Positions 18,995 to 28,320 are shown, counted from the first letter of the stretch. The stretch: 62,656 bases of DNA from an uncultured Candidatus Saccharibacteria bacterium (GCA_964442535.1 CAYTZL010000001.1:1-62656); one strand, 5' to 3'. Notes: generated by a model from the letters alone, not told the origin. Numbers and translations: made by a program.

Positions 18995-20389
18995 ATGAAA
19001 ATCCTCGCTATCGAAACCTCTTGTGACGAAACCGCTGCCGCCGTCATCGAAAACGGTACCAAAATTCTCAGCAACGTCGTCGTCTCCCAGATCGACATTT
19101 TCGCTGCCTACGGCGGGGTCATCCCTGAAGTCGCCGCCCGCTCCCACCTCGAAGCCATCCTCCCTGTCATCCACCAAGCCCTCCTCGAAGCCGGCATCAC
19201 CAAATACAGCTCCGCCTACCTCTCCAAAAACCCCAATTTACAACATAAATTCCCTAAAACTACAACTTCCGACGATATTAACTCTGCCACCCCCGAATCC
19301 ACCGCCGCCGACATCGACGCCATCGCCGTCACCCACACCCCCGGCCTCGTCGGCTCCCTCCTCATCGGCACCCTCACCGCCCGCACCCTCGCCATCCTCT
19401 GGCACAAGCCCCTCTACGCCGTCCACCACCTCAAATCCCACATCTACGCCAACTGGCTAAGCCCTGCAACAACCACCGACGGGCTAGTAAGGGGAAAGAC
19501 GAAAAATCAACCATGTTCTAACAAAAACTGCTTCCAAGAGAGCTATAAGGAGAAAGACAGTGCGGATCATCGGTGTTGTTCTAGCGAACCTTTTTCTCGA
19601 GAGAAGAAAAGAGCGTCCGAGCTGGACGCTCAGAACGACGACCCCGCAAAGGCGGGCGTCGGAGTGATTCTTTCGAAAAAAGCGTTCGCTAGAACAACAT
19701 CCGATAGCATACCGTCTTTCCCCTTACTAGCCCTCGTCATCTCTGGCGGCCACACCCAAATCCTCTACATGCCCAAACACAACCATTTCGAAATCATCGG
19801 CACCACCCGCGACGACGCCATCGGCGAATGTTTCGACAAAGTCGCCAAAATCCTCGGCCTCCCCTACCCCGGCGGCCCCTCTATCGCTAAATGCGCCCTC
19901 GATGGCGACCCTAATAAGTACCGCCTCCCTCACCCCAAGGTCGACGGCCTCGATTTTTCCTTCTCCGGCCTCAAAACCGCCGTCCTCCGCGCCGTCCAAT
20001 CCGCCTGCCACCTCCCTATCACCACCCCCTCCTTCGAGCTCAAAAACCACCTCCCCCCTGAGCAGAAAGCCGATTTCGCCGCCTCTTTCCAAGCTACCGC
20101 CTGCGACATCCTCCTCGAAAAGCTCAAAATTGCCCTCCAGACGCATCCAGACGTCGTCTCCGTCGTTTTTGCCGGCGGAGTGAGTGCGAACCAGGTCCTG
20201 CGCGACAAGGCCCTCCACGGCCCTCTAAATGCCCTTAAAACCCAAATTTTCTTCCCCGAACCCCGCTTCACCGGCGACAACGCCGCCATGGTCGGTGCCG
20301 CCGCTTACTACGAAATCCTCTCCGGCATCGCCCCGACCGACCCCTATTCTCTCAGCATCGCTCCCCGCCGCCCACTCACCCAATCATAA
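18995..20389 (+). CDS. tsaD: tRNA N6-adenosine threonylcarbamoyltransferase with in-frame palindromic insertion
   Basis: ILAIETSCDETAAA, GGVIPEVAARSH, LVISGGHT, DDAIGECFDKVA, GGVSAN, DNAAMV. Confidence 0.95.
   Translation: MKILAIETSCDETAAAVIENGTKILSNVVVSQIDIFAAYGGVIPEVAARSHLEAILPVIHQALLEAGITKYSSAYLSKNPNLQHKFPKTTTSDDINSATPESTAADIDAIAVTHTPGLVGSLLIGTLTARTLAILWHKPLYAVHHLKSHIYANWLSPATTTDGLVRGKTKNQPCSNKNCFQESYKEKDSADHRCCSSEPFSREKKRASELDAQNDDPAKAGVGVILSKKAFARTTSDSIPSFPLLALVISGGHTQILYMPKHNHFEIIGTTRDDAIGECFDKVAKILGLPYPGGPSIAKCALDGDPNKYRLPHPKVDGLDFSFSGLKTAVLRAVQSACHLPITTPSFELKNHLPPEQKADFAASFQATACDILLEKLKIALQTHPDVVSVVFAGGVSANQVLRDKALHGPLNALKTQIFFPEPRFTGDNAAMVGAAAYYEILSGIAPTDPYSLSIAPRRPLTQS
19569..19705. 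repeat. Palindromic element family A inside tsaD
   Basis: Arms ATCGGTGTTGTTCTAGCGAAC / GTTCGCTAGAACAACATCCGAT; core GAGCGTCCGAGCTGGACGCTC..GACCCCGCAAAGGCGGGCGTCGG. Confidence 0.85.
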
Positions 20390-20513
20390 ACCATCTTTCC
20401 CTAAATCCGCCAAATCAACATTTTTCCTTCATTTTTCCTTCAAACCCCTTGATTTTCCCCATAAATCATCTATACTAAAATCAATGATAATATTTCCCAA
20501 CTAAGGAGACTGT

Positions 20514-21032
20514 ATGGAACAAAACAACCCCACCCCAACCAACAACGTCATGGCCCCGACCGGCGTCAAATCTTCCGTCGCCGCCGGCCTTCTCGGCATC
20601 TTCCTCGGCGCTTTCGGCGCACATAACTGGTATCTTAATCAAAAAACCAAAGGTATCATCCACCTCTGCCTCACTTGCGGCGGCTTCATCGTCATGATGC
20701 TCGGCTCCGTCCTCCTTGGCCTCAGCGCTAGCTCACGCTTGCCATTCTTCGCCATTCTCGGCGGCCTCCTCGCCTTTGTCGCTTACATCGCCATGCTCGG
20801 TAGTGGCATCTGGGGTCTCGTCGAAGGCATCATCCTTCTCGCCCAAGGCGACGCCGGCCTCGCCGCCAAAGGCTACACCGTTGCCGCCCCGATGACCTAC
20901 GCTCAACCTACTCAGCCCGTCCAGCCCGCTCAACCAGCCACCCCAGCCGCAACCGCCGAAACTTCCGAACCAAAATCCTCCGAAAAATCCGAAGCCAAAC
21001 AACCAACCAAGACTTCCGAGAAAAAAGACTAA
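20514..21032 (+). CDS. TM2-domain membrane protein
   Basis: KSSVAAGLLGIFLGAFGAHNWYL..KGIIHL motif, IWGLVEGIILL; SD AAGGAG; terminator 21049-21073. Confidence 0.8.
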   Translation: MEQNNPTPTNNVMAPTGVKSSVAAGLLGIFLGAFGAHNWYLNQKTKGIIHLCLTCGGFIVMMLGSVLLGLSASSRLPFFAILGGLLAFVAYIAMLGSGIWGLVEGIILLAQGDAGLAAKGYTVAAPMTYAQPTQPVQPAQPATPAATAETSEPKSSEKSEAKQPTKTSEKKD

Positions 21033-21154
21033 CTAACAGCTTTACTCAAGCCCCCGACCTTCGGGGGCTTTTTCATCTCCGCCCCATTTCCAATCTTTAC
21101 CACTCCAACTCCATTTTCCAACCCCTCACCCCTCCAGCTCTCCCGCCCGCCCTC

Positions 21155-21611
21155 ACCAATGGAATGCGGCGACGGCCGGGACTGGTGGAACGATTACGAA
21201 TGTTAATGCCAGTGGGAGTATCTGTCCGAAGAATTGGAAGTTGCCGAGCTCCGGGGATAATACTACTAAGGGAACCTTTGGGTATATGTTGAACCAGTAT
21301 GGTGTAGCGAGTAGTTTGTCTGGTACGAGTAACGTTAATAGTAATACCTACAACATCGCCCAGAGTCCCTTATTCTTTGTGCGGGGCGGCTACGTCAATC
21401 TATACTACCCTAGTGAGCCCTTCAGGTGGGCTGGGTCTGATGGCTATTACTGGTCCTCTCGAGCCTATTCTGATACTAGCTACGCCTACTACCTCTACTT
21501 CGATAATAGCATCGTCGCTCCGTCCTACGGCAACGTCGCTCGCTACCTCGGCTTTTCCCTTCGCTGCCTAATCCCTACCACCTAGTCTTAAGCTAGGGAG
21601 GAAGGAGAGAA
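21155..21611 (+). repeat. Variable FISUMP/CLec cassette 8, long form (from QWNAATAGTGG)
   Basis: Open frame to stop 21583-21585 plus tail; 383 bp identical to cassette 7. Confidence 0.9.
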
Positions 21612-21641
21612 CTATACAACCAGTAAACAAGCTCGAGTACG

Positions 21642-21773
21642 CCCAGGTCTATCTAGATTGCTATTTTCGAAGGATGGGGAACTCCGCTGAGGCTGAACTA
21701 ATTAAAATCACGGCCGAAGGCTCGATTTTAATTGGTTCACCTCCCTGAGAAAAAGCAAGCTAGATGGACCTGG
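21642..21773. repeat. Singleton nested palindrome overlapping the murE stop
   Basis: Arms CCAGGTCTATCTAG / CTAGATGGACCTGG; inner TGAACTAATTAAAATC / GATTTTAATTGGTTCA. Confidence 0.6.
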
Positions 21774-23397
21774 CGCCACTCAAACTTGCAATCTCCTCCC
21801 TCACCACCTTCCCATCCTCAAACTCATGCGCCCCATCCCCCCGCAAAATCGTCTTCTCATGCCCCTTCCCCAAAACCAGCACCAAATCCCCCTTCCGCGC
21901 CATCCCCACCGCCTTCCGAATCGCCTCCCGCCGATCCAGCTCCACAAACAGCGTCTCCCCCTTCATTTTTCCCGCCTTCTCCGCCCCCTCGACAAACTGC
22001 GCTGCAATCTTCGCCGGATCCTCATCACGCGAATCATCCTCCGTAATAATCACGATATCGCTCTCGCGCCCCAAAATCTCCCCCCGCTCCGCTCGCGTCG
22101 ATTCATCTCGCCTCCCCGCCCCACCATGCACCGAAATTATCCGTTCCACATCCGCCGCATCTCGCCCCACCGACGCAAACACCTTCTCCAGCGCATCCGG
22201 CGTATGCGCATAATCCACAATCACCTCAAAATCCTGCCCCGCCTCAATCCGATTCATCCGCCCCTCCACCGAATCCAGCGCATAAATCCCCTCCACAATC
22301 TCTTTTTCTGTTAATCCCACCATTTTCCCCACACAAACCGCCGCCAGGGAATTATAAACATTAAACCTCCCAGGAATACGCGTCTTTACCTTCATATCAC
22401 CACACAAATATTCAACCCCATCAGTCCTCAGCTCCACCTCTGTCGCTATCACCTGCCCCTTCTCAATTCCGTACGTCAATATATCACCACACGCATTTTT
22501 ACCACTACCATTTATATCACCAGGCGCATTTACCGAAGACTGAGTGCATAAAGAGTCGGAGTTCGATTTGTCCTCCTGAGATGAAGTGCAAGAAAGATTT
22601 GAAGCACGCAAAGGAGACGTATTTGGCATACGTCGACTGCGTACTGGAGAATCTGACGCCGCAATTCGCTCAGGAGACAAATCCCCCCGGCTGCATACGG
22701 AAAACTCACTGCAAATAGCCCGAGCGAACTCCACCGCACTCGCATCATCCGCATTCACAACCCCCCTCTTCGCCTTCTTAAACAACTTCAACTTCGCCTT
22801 CCGATAGTTCTCAAACGTCTTATGGTAATCCAAATGCTCATGCGTCAAATTCGTAAACACCGCAATCTCAATCGGCACCCCCAAAATCCGAAACTGCATC
22901 AGCGCATGCGACGTCACCTCCAGCACCAAAAACTCCGCCCCCGCATCCGCAATCGCCCGCATCCGCTCATTCAACACCCCCACCCGCTCCGTCGTCATAT
23001 GCTCCATCTGCTGATGCAACTTACGCGCATCCATCTCCGAGCCTTGTTCAGAATGGGTAAAGTTCGAGGAAACAGGAGTAGCGGAACGAGCCGTACTAGA
23101 AGTACGGTGAGTGAGCAACGCATCTGTTGACGAAGAAATTTGCCCATTATCAACAAGACCGACCCCACCCCATCCCACTGTAGTCAACAATCCTGCTTTA
23201 TGCCCACTCTCATTCAACATCCTCCAAATCATAAATGCCGTCGTCGTCTTCCCATTCGTCCCCGTCACCCCAATCACCCGCAATTTCTTCGCCGGCCAAC
23301 CATATTTCATCCCCGCCCGCACCGCCTGCAAAAAATGCACCGGCCGCACCAGGGAATTATACCCCGGCAATTTCTCCATTTCACTCTTCAAACTCAT
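21760..23397 (-). CDS. murE: UDP-N-acetylmuramoyl-tripeptide synthetase (MurE) with two in-frame palindromic insertions
   Basis: IGVTGTNGKTT, LEVTSH, TNLTHEHLDYH, GRFNVYN, VDYAHTPDAL, GKGHE. Confidence 0.9.
   Translation of the reverse strand: MSLKSEMEKLPGYNSLVRPVHFLQAVRAGMKYGWPAKKLRVIGVTGTNGKTTTAFMIWRMLNESGHKAGLLTTVGWGGVGLVDNGQISSSTDALLTHRTSSTARSATPVSSNFTHSEQGSEMDARKLHQQMEHMTTERVGVLNERMRAIADAGAEFLVLEVTSHALMQFRILGVPIEIAVFTNLTHEHLDYHKTFENYRKAKLKLFKKAKRGVVNADDASAVEFARAICSEFSVCSRGDLSPERIAASDSPVRSRRMPNTSPLRASNLSCTSSQEDKSNSDSLCTQSSVNAPGDINGSGKNACGDILTYGIEKGQVIATEVELRTDGVEYLCGDMKVKTRIPGRFNVYNSLAAVCVGKMVGLTEKEIVEGIYALDSVEGRMNRIEAGQDFEVIVDYAHTPDALEKVFASVGRDAADVERIISVHGGAGRRDESTRAERGEILGRESDIVIITEDDSRDEDPAKIAAQFVEGAEKAGKMKGETLFVELDRREAIRKAVGMARKGDLVLVLGKGHEKTILRGDGAHEFEDGKVVREEIASLSGARSI
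22565..22683. repeat. Palindromic insertion in murE (family C2)
   Basis: Arms GATTTGTCCTCCTGAG / CTCAGGAGACAAATC; core GATGAAGTGCAAG..ACGCAAAGG..CTGCGTA resembles 33433-33498. Confidence 0.7.
23043..23157. repeat. Palindromic insertion in murE (family C1)
   Basis: Arms CTTGTTCAGAATGGGTAAA / TTTGCCCATTATCAACAAG; core CGAGCCGTACT..AGTACGGTGAG..ACGAAGAAATT also at 33530-33612. Confidence 0.75.
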
Positions 23398-23454
23398 ACC
23401 CCAATTATACTACAAACTCCCGCATCCCCCTAAAAATGCTCATCGCCCCGCCCC

Positions 23455-23500
23455 AACTTGTAAACGCTTTACAAGTTCAACCTCATTTTAACAGGGGTCA
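23455..23500. promoter_or_regulatory. Palindromic box copy 3
   Basis: AACTTGTAAACGCTTTACAAGTT CAACCTCATTTTAACAGGGGT. Confidence 0.7.
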
Positions 23501-23582
23501 GAAAGACCAAAATTTCCGTTAATTAACCAATTTTATCCATTTTTCCGCCTCTTCTTGACTCCCTGCCACCGCGTCTTCTTCC

Positions 23583-23869
23583 TTCCGTTCACCAGACTAG
23601 TTACTCTTCTCTCCTTCCTCCCTAGCTTAGGACTAGGTGGTAGGGATTAGGCAGCGAAGGGAAAAGCCGTTGTAACGATAATTCTCGCGGGCGAAAGATG
23701 GAATGATGCTGGCATCGAAGACGAGGCCGTAGGCGATGAGTGTATCCGAGAGGGTTCGTGAAGACCAGTAATAGCCAATCTCGCCAGCGTTGTAGAAATG
23801 ATTGGGGTCGCCAGGTAGAATACCGCCAGGAAACACCCCACCGCCCCGCACAAAGAATAAGGGACTCTG
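23583..23869 (-). repeat. Variable FISUMP/CLec cassette 9
   Basis: QSPLFFVRGGGVF..SLRCLIPTT* (stop 23633-23635) plus extended tail. Confidence 0.9.
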
Positions 23870-23898
23870 AGTAACCCAAAAAAGACACAACATCAGAA

Positions 23899-24300
23899 TC
23901 AGGCTAATTTCGCCGTCCCATTCTCCTTCGCCAACGCCTTATCAAACGTCCACAACGGCTCCGCCTTATTCATCGTCGCCTCAATCGCCAAATAACAATC
24001 CGTAAAAGACAACTTCGGATGATGTAAGTACATCCAAAACAACTCAAACCCCATCAAATCGCTAGCCCTCACATTCGGCCTAGAAATAATCCTCATCAAC
24101 GCTCCAACTATCGTCTCTCGATCCACCTCCATCCGCGTCAGCACAAAAACCACCTCCGACAGCATCGCATCCGACAACAAATACACCACATCATCCCGCT
24201 CCAGCAACTTTATCGCCCGCTCATACTGCTCCGGGATATCCTCCCACAGAAGCCTCAGAATTATATTAGTATCCAGCGACTCATACTTAACGGACCCCAT
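23899..24300 (-). CDS. PIN-domain (VapC-like) toxin
   Basis: LDTNIILR, EVVFVL, LSFTDC, TFDKAL; overlaps the upstream antitoxin gene. Confidence 0.85.
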   Translation of the reverse strand: MGSVKYESLDTNIILRLLWEDIPEQYERAIKLLERDDVVYLLSDAMLSEVVFVLTRMEVDRETIVGALMRIISRPNVRASDLMGFELFWMYLHHPKLSFTDCYLAIEATMNKAEPLWTFDKALAKENGTAKLA

Positions 24301-24658
24301 ATTTTTCCTTCATCCCCGCAACATTCTCCGGCAAATTATCGAAATAATCATGGTACTGCTTCAACGTCCACCCCGCCGTTTTACCAACCATCTCCTTAGT
24401 CTTCGGGGAAAGCGATTTTCGCCACTCTGTCATCTCCTCACGCAAACTCCGCTGTTTAGCTATCTCAAAGTACCCCTTCCGAGGCATAAACATCAATACG
24501 TCCCCAGGCTTCCATTCCAACTCCTCCCGCAACTCCTTCGGAATTGTCACCTGCCCATTGGCCGATATCTTTAAACGATATGGCTTTTTCTGCTCACCAA
24601 AATCACCAGCTCTCGCCACCCGCGCCATCGGCACCCGTTCAGCCACATCCGCTCCCAT
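24287..24658 (-). CDS. AbrB/MazE/SpoVT-family antitoxin
   Basis: KISANGQVTIPKELREELEWKPGD. Confidence 0.85.
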   Translation of the reverse strand: MGADVAERVPMARVARAGDFGEQKKPYRLKISANGQVTIPKELREELEWKPGDVLMFMPRKGYFEIAKQRSLREEMTEWRKSLSPKTKEMVGKTAGWTLKQYHDYFDNLPENVAGMKEKYGVR

Positions 24659-24830
24659 TTACGCTCCCTCCATTATTATAAATACCTATCACTTTTAAAA
24701 CCTTACGATCTTCTTTAATTTTACCATATCATTTTTAATTTTTCAACACAATTTTAACTATCATACCATTTTAAAAATCCTCCTCACAAACTAAACCACC
24801 ACCATACGAAAACCCTCACTCCTCTTTTTC

Positions 24831-25072
24831 TTCTCTCCTTCCTCCCTAGCTTAGGACTAGGGGGTAGGGATTAGGCAGCGAAGGAATTGGCCAAGGTAGC
24901 GATTGAGGTTGTTGGACGGGCTGACGCCGCTATTCCAGAAGTTGAGCCTGTAGGCGTTACTAGTATTAGAGTAGGCTCGGGCGGACCAGTAATAGCCGCT
25001 CAGGCCAGCGTCCTGTAATGGGCTAGAACCGATAGAGTTGACGAAGCCGCCCCGCACAAAGAATAAGGGACT
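24831..25072 (-). repeat. Variable FISUMP/CLec cassette 10 (tandem with cassette 11)
   Basis: SPLFFVRGGFV..FLRCLIPTP* (stop 24857-24859) plus tail. Confidence 0.9.
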
Positions 25073-25074
25073 TT

Positions 25075-25320
25075 TTCTCTCCTTCCTCCCTAGCTTAGGA
25101 CTAGGTGGTAGGGACTAGGCAGCGAATGGAACGGCCGCCGTAGCGAAGGGCGTCGTTAGACGGATTGACGTAGCTATCATTGAAGTAGAGGTAGTAGGTG
25201 TAGGTAGAGCTAGAGTAGGCTCGAGAGGACCAGTAGGAGCCGAGCTGGCCAGCGAGCTGGAAGGGCGTAGATGTGCCGTTAGAGTACACCCCACCGCCCC
25301 GCACAAAGAATAAGGGACTC
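25075..25320 (-). repeat. Variable FISUMP/CLec cassette 11
   Basis: SPLFFVRGGGV..SIRCLVPTT* (stop 25101-25103); its tail abuts cassette 10. Confidence 0.9.
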
Positions 25321-25337
25321 ACCCAACGAGCAAAACA

Positions 25338-25517
25338 TGATTCGGAGCTAGAATTTCCTAGATTAGTGATTTCTCCGACCAACGCGCACCTACCAGGCGA
25401 ACAGAACGTGATTCGGAGCTAGAATTGAGCTAGTTTGCATTCTAATGAGGGAAGCGCGCCTATTGGGCGAGCAACCGAAACTAGAACTTGCAAAATAGCC
25501 AATTCTAGCCCGAATCA
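25338..25517. repeat. Palindromic element family D, copy 2
   Basis: GATTCGGAGCTAGAATT twice; arms TGATTCGGAGCTAGAATTG / CAATTCTAGCCCGAATCA; same core as 620-779. Confidence 0.7.
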
Positions 25518-25522
25518 ACAAA

Positions 25523-25930
25523 TCACCCTATTAGCTCTGCACTTTTCGCCTGCTTAGCTAGCTTCCGATCAAACGTCCGTAGCGGTTCCGCCTGATTCAA
25601 CTCCGCATAGGCCGCCAAACAACAATCATTAAACGATAATTTTGGATGCTTCAAATACATCGGAAACGCCCGTTCAAACAAAGCCTTATTATAGTTCAAC
25701 GAAAAATCCTCCAACGTCGCCGTCAAAGCATCCACAATCCCCGGCCTCGTCCAGTGATAAATCGTCTGCAAAACATATGCCGCCTCCGTCACCGCCAAGT
25801 CCGCAACTTCATAAGTCACCCCCTGCCGCATAAACATATCCTGTATCTTCAACCCCAGTTCCGGAATATCCTTCAAAATTATCCGTAAAATCACACTAGT
25901 GTCTAACGATTCACGAGTCTTAAACGCCAT
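25523..25930 (-). CDS. PIN-domain (VapC-like) toxin, paralog of 23899-24300
   Basis: ESLDTSVILR, MYLKHPKLSFNDC, TFDRKLAK. Confidence 0.85.
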   Translation of the reverse strand: MAFKTRESLDTSVILRIILKDIPELGLKIQDMFMRQGVTYEVADLAVTEAAYVLQTIYHWTRPGIVDALTATLEDFSLNYNKALFERAFPMYLKHPKLSFNDCCLAAYAELNQAEPLRTFDRKLAKQAKSAELIG

Positions 25931-26252
25931 ACTTCTCCTTCAAATACGCCTTCGTCTCCGGCAAATTATCAATATATTCATGGTACTGACTCATCGTCCA
26001 TCCCGCCGTCTTCTTCGCAAACTCCCTCTGCTCTGGCGTCATCCGCGCCTCTTGCTCCGCACGAATCTCAGCCAACTTCGCAAAAGTCCGCTTAATTTTC
26101 TCCTCCCGCGTCTCTGCCTTCTCCACCGTCACCACCGCCTTATCCGTATCAAACACCACCTTATCCCCCGGTTTCAAATTCAACCTACTCCGCAGCAAAC
26201 TCGGCGCCGTAAACTGATATCCCGCCGACAACGTCGCTTCCACTCTTGGCAT
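25920..26252 (-). CDS. AbrB/MazE-family antitoxin, paralog of 24287-24658
   Basis: ATLSAGYQFTAP..LRSRLNLKPGD; shared C-terminus KTAGWT..QYH.Y.DNLPE..KEKYGV. Confidence 0.8.
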   Translation of the reverse strand: MPRVEATLSAGYQFTAPSLLRSRLNLKPGDKVVFDTDKAVVTVEKAETREEKIKRTFAKLAEIRAEQEARMTPEQREFAKKTAGWTMSQYHEYIDNLPETKAYLKEKYGV

Positions 26253-26438
26253 AATATTATTCCTTTGATTAGTTCTCCTTCTTTGATTCTATCATATCAC
26301 TTTGAACTTTACAAGCCCAAAGTCCCACAAAAACACTTTCTATCCTAAAACCTCAAAGTCCCAAAAAAGTCCTTTGAACCCCAAAGCTTCAAAGCCCAAC
26401 CCTCAAAAAGTCCCCCAACAGGGGGACTTTCCACTAAA

Positions 26439-27536
26439 CTACCTTTCCGGAAATTGCCCATGCCTATCGTAATACTCCAACATCCACACTAATCCACTCG
26501 GCCCCTCATCCATCATATCCCAAATCTGCGCATAATCCCGATGCTGTACAAAATACTCCAAATCCTCTGCCGTCATCATCCGCGGCAAGTCAATCTCAAT
26601 CGCATCTTCACGCACGCCGTCCGGCCTATCGTACCTCACTAGAATATGCTTATCATCCCCACCATATCCAATTACCGTGCCTATGCTAGGACTAAGTTCC
26701 CAAGCCCCCAAACCATACCCCTTAAACGGATACCGCAAGTTCTGGCAGAATTCATTATCAGATTCGCCATGCACAAAATACACTCGCGCTCCCAGCGCAA
26801 AATCTTTCACCTTCCGACATGGCCTAAACACCGGCTTCACTTCCGCTCGCTCAATCAAGCTCTCCAAACACTCAATCCTCCGTCGCACCCCCTCATAACA
26901 TTCCTCATAAACCTGATACTTCTTCCGCAATCTCCCCCGAATTCTCTCCAACTTTGACTCATCGCCATGCGTCAAAATACACGGAAAGTTAAAATCACGC
27001 TCATAACACGACATCCACTCCACGTCAAGGAACCCGCAGCTCGGCCGAAACACTCTCTGTCCACCAACTCTCCTATCCTGATACGGAAAAGTCTCCCCCA
27101 GCGCATGCTCACACCAACCGCAAATATTCAGCGTTGTCGAGCCCGCCTCTCGTTCTAAAGACTCCGGATCCTTCGGATCCAAAATCCGCTGGTCTCCACA
27201 ACTCAAGTAGAAATTCTTCACCGTTACATACTCCGGACAGTCATACTGCTCCGCCATTTTCCGCAAATCCGCCACCGTCTTTCCTTCGAGCAGCTTATAC
27301 CGCTTGCGCAGCTGTTCCCACAAAGGCTTAGCCTCCGCCAGCACTGGCCGCCAACAATCTCTCAGATAAGTCAAATTACCTTTCCCGATAAACAGCAGTT
27401 GCTCAAAGCTCATCGCCGAAAAACCGCCCAGCTTACCAATCAGCAACTCATGCGGCGCCAGCCCAAAGTCCTTCACTTCCATCGCTTGCTCAGTTTCAAT
27501 CGACTTCGACGCAACTGTCTTCTCTACTTTCAACAT
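26439..27536 (-). CDS. Hypothetical protein (Cys-containing, own SD and terminator)
   Basis: 365-codon ORF, SD GGAGG, hairpin at 26408-26430; family not recognised. Confidence 0.7.
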   Translation of the reverse strand: MLKVEKTVASKSIETEQAMEVKDFGLAPHELLIGKLGGFSAMSFEQLLFIGKGNLTYLRDCWRPVLAEAKPLWEQLRKRYKLLEGKTVADLRKMAEQYDCPEYVTVKNFYLSCGDQRILDPKDPESLEREAGSTTLNICGWCEHALGETFPYQDRRVGGQRVFRPSCGFLDVEWMSCYERDFNFPCILTHGDESKLERIRGRLRKKYQVYEECYEGVRRRIECLESLIERAEVKPVFRPCRKVKDFALGARVYFVHGESDNEFCQNLRYPFKGYGLGAWELSPSIGTVIGYGGDDKHILVRYDRPDGVREDAIEIDLPRMMTAEDLEYFVQHRDYAQIWDMMDEGPSGLVWMLEYYDRHGQFPER

Positions 27537-27730
27537 GACGATACCTCCTAGTAGTCTAGTTTTTTAAAGTCCGAGAGATCAAATCTCGTTTATCATTTTA
27601 ATACAAAATACCAATAATGTCAATTCCACCACTTTCTGGCACTCAGGTATTGAACTGACGAGGATAGCGAGTAAAAAGAAAACGCAGTTTTCTTTTTCGA
27701 GCGACGCAGGCAGACAAGTTTTGAGTGCTT

Positions 27731-27773
27731 TTGGCACTCAAAACTTGACAGTGCCAAGCAACTGCGCTAATAT
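27731..27773 (+). promoter_or_regulatory. CIRCE-like operator overlapping the groESL promoter
   Basis: TTGGCACTC-N9-CAGTGCCAA (CIRCE consensus TTAGCACTC-N9-GAGTGCTAA); TTGACA(27745)-17-TAATAT. Confidence 0.65.
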
Positions 27774-27794
27774 AGAGGTACGAAAGGAGTTATT

Positions 27795-28049
27795 ATGCAA
27801 CTAAAACCACTATCCGACCGCATCGTCGCTTTGAAAGAGCAGCCTATGGAAACTACTAAATCCGGCATTCTGCTCGGCGAGGCTAAGGAAGCTCCCGCTT
27901 ACGCCGTTGTCGAAAGCGTCGGCCCCGATGTAAAATCCGTCAAAAAGGGCGACAAGATCGTTTACAAAAACTATTCCACGACCGATGTTAAACTCGAGGA
28001 CAAAGATTACATCATCGTCAAAGAAGAAGACGTCCTCGCCACTTTATAA
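27795..28049 (+). CDS. groES: Co-chaperonin GroES
   Basis: LKPLSDRI, TKSGILL, VKKGDKI, EEDVLA. Confidence 0.95.
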   Translation: MQLKPLSDRIVALKEQPMETTKSGILLGEAKEAPAYAVVESVGPDVKSVKKGDKIVYKNYSTTDVKLEDKDYIIVKEEDVLATL

Positions 28050-28206
28050 CATATAATCTATATTAACAACCAATCTCGAGACAACGTTTTGCCCCTGCCG
28101 AAACCGACCTTGACGGCGCCACGTCATCACTACCGCCGCTAAGGACTATTCTAACAGATCGGGTAAAACATTTCTCGACAAAATAATTTTTAACATCCGA
28201 TATAGC

Positions 28207-28320
28207 AGTTTCATGCTTCAAGTTTAAGAGAATAAAAGCGAGTCAAAGCTTGACTCGCAGAGTGAGACACCCGTAAAGACGGGCTGTCGAGCGGTTCTCT
28301 CAAACTTAAAGCATGGAACT
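28207..28320. repeat. Palindromic element family A between groES and groEL
   Basis: Core GCGAGTCAAAGCTTGACTCGC..GACACCCGTAAAGACGGGCTGTCGAG; arms AGTTTCATGCTT / AAGCATGGAACT. Confidence 0.8.

Noticed and set aside
9958-23157. Inteins in ValS, TsaD or MurE
   Set aside because: The inserts are only ~40-75 aa, lack C1 and HN-C/S/T splice motifs, and are explained by DNA palindromes also found intergenically.
15170-25320. Tandem constant-variable-constant units as a CRISPR array
   Set aside because: The variable parts are ~160-180 bp, homologous to each other and protein-coding; units occur singly or in pairs; no cas genes are present.
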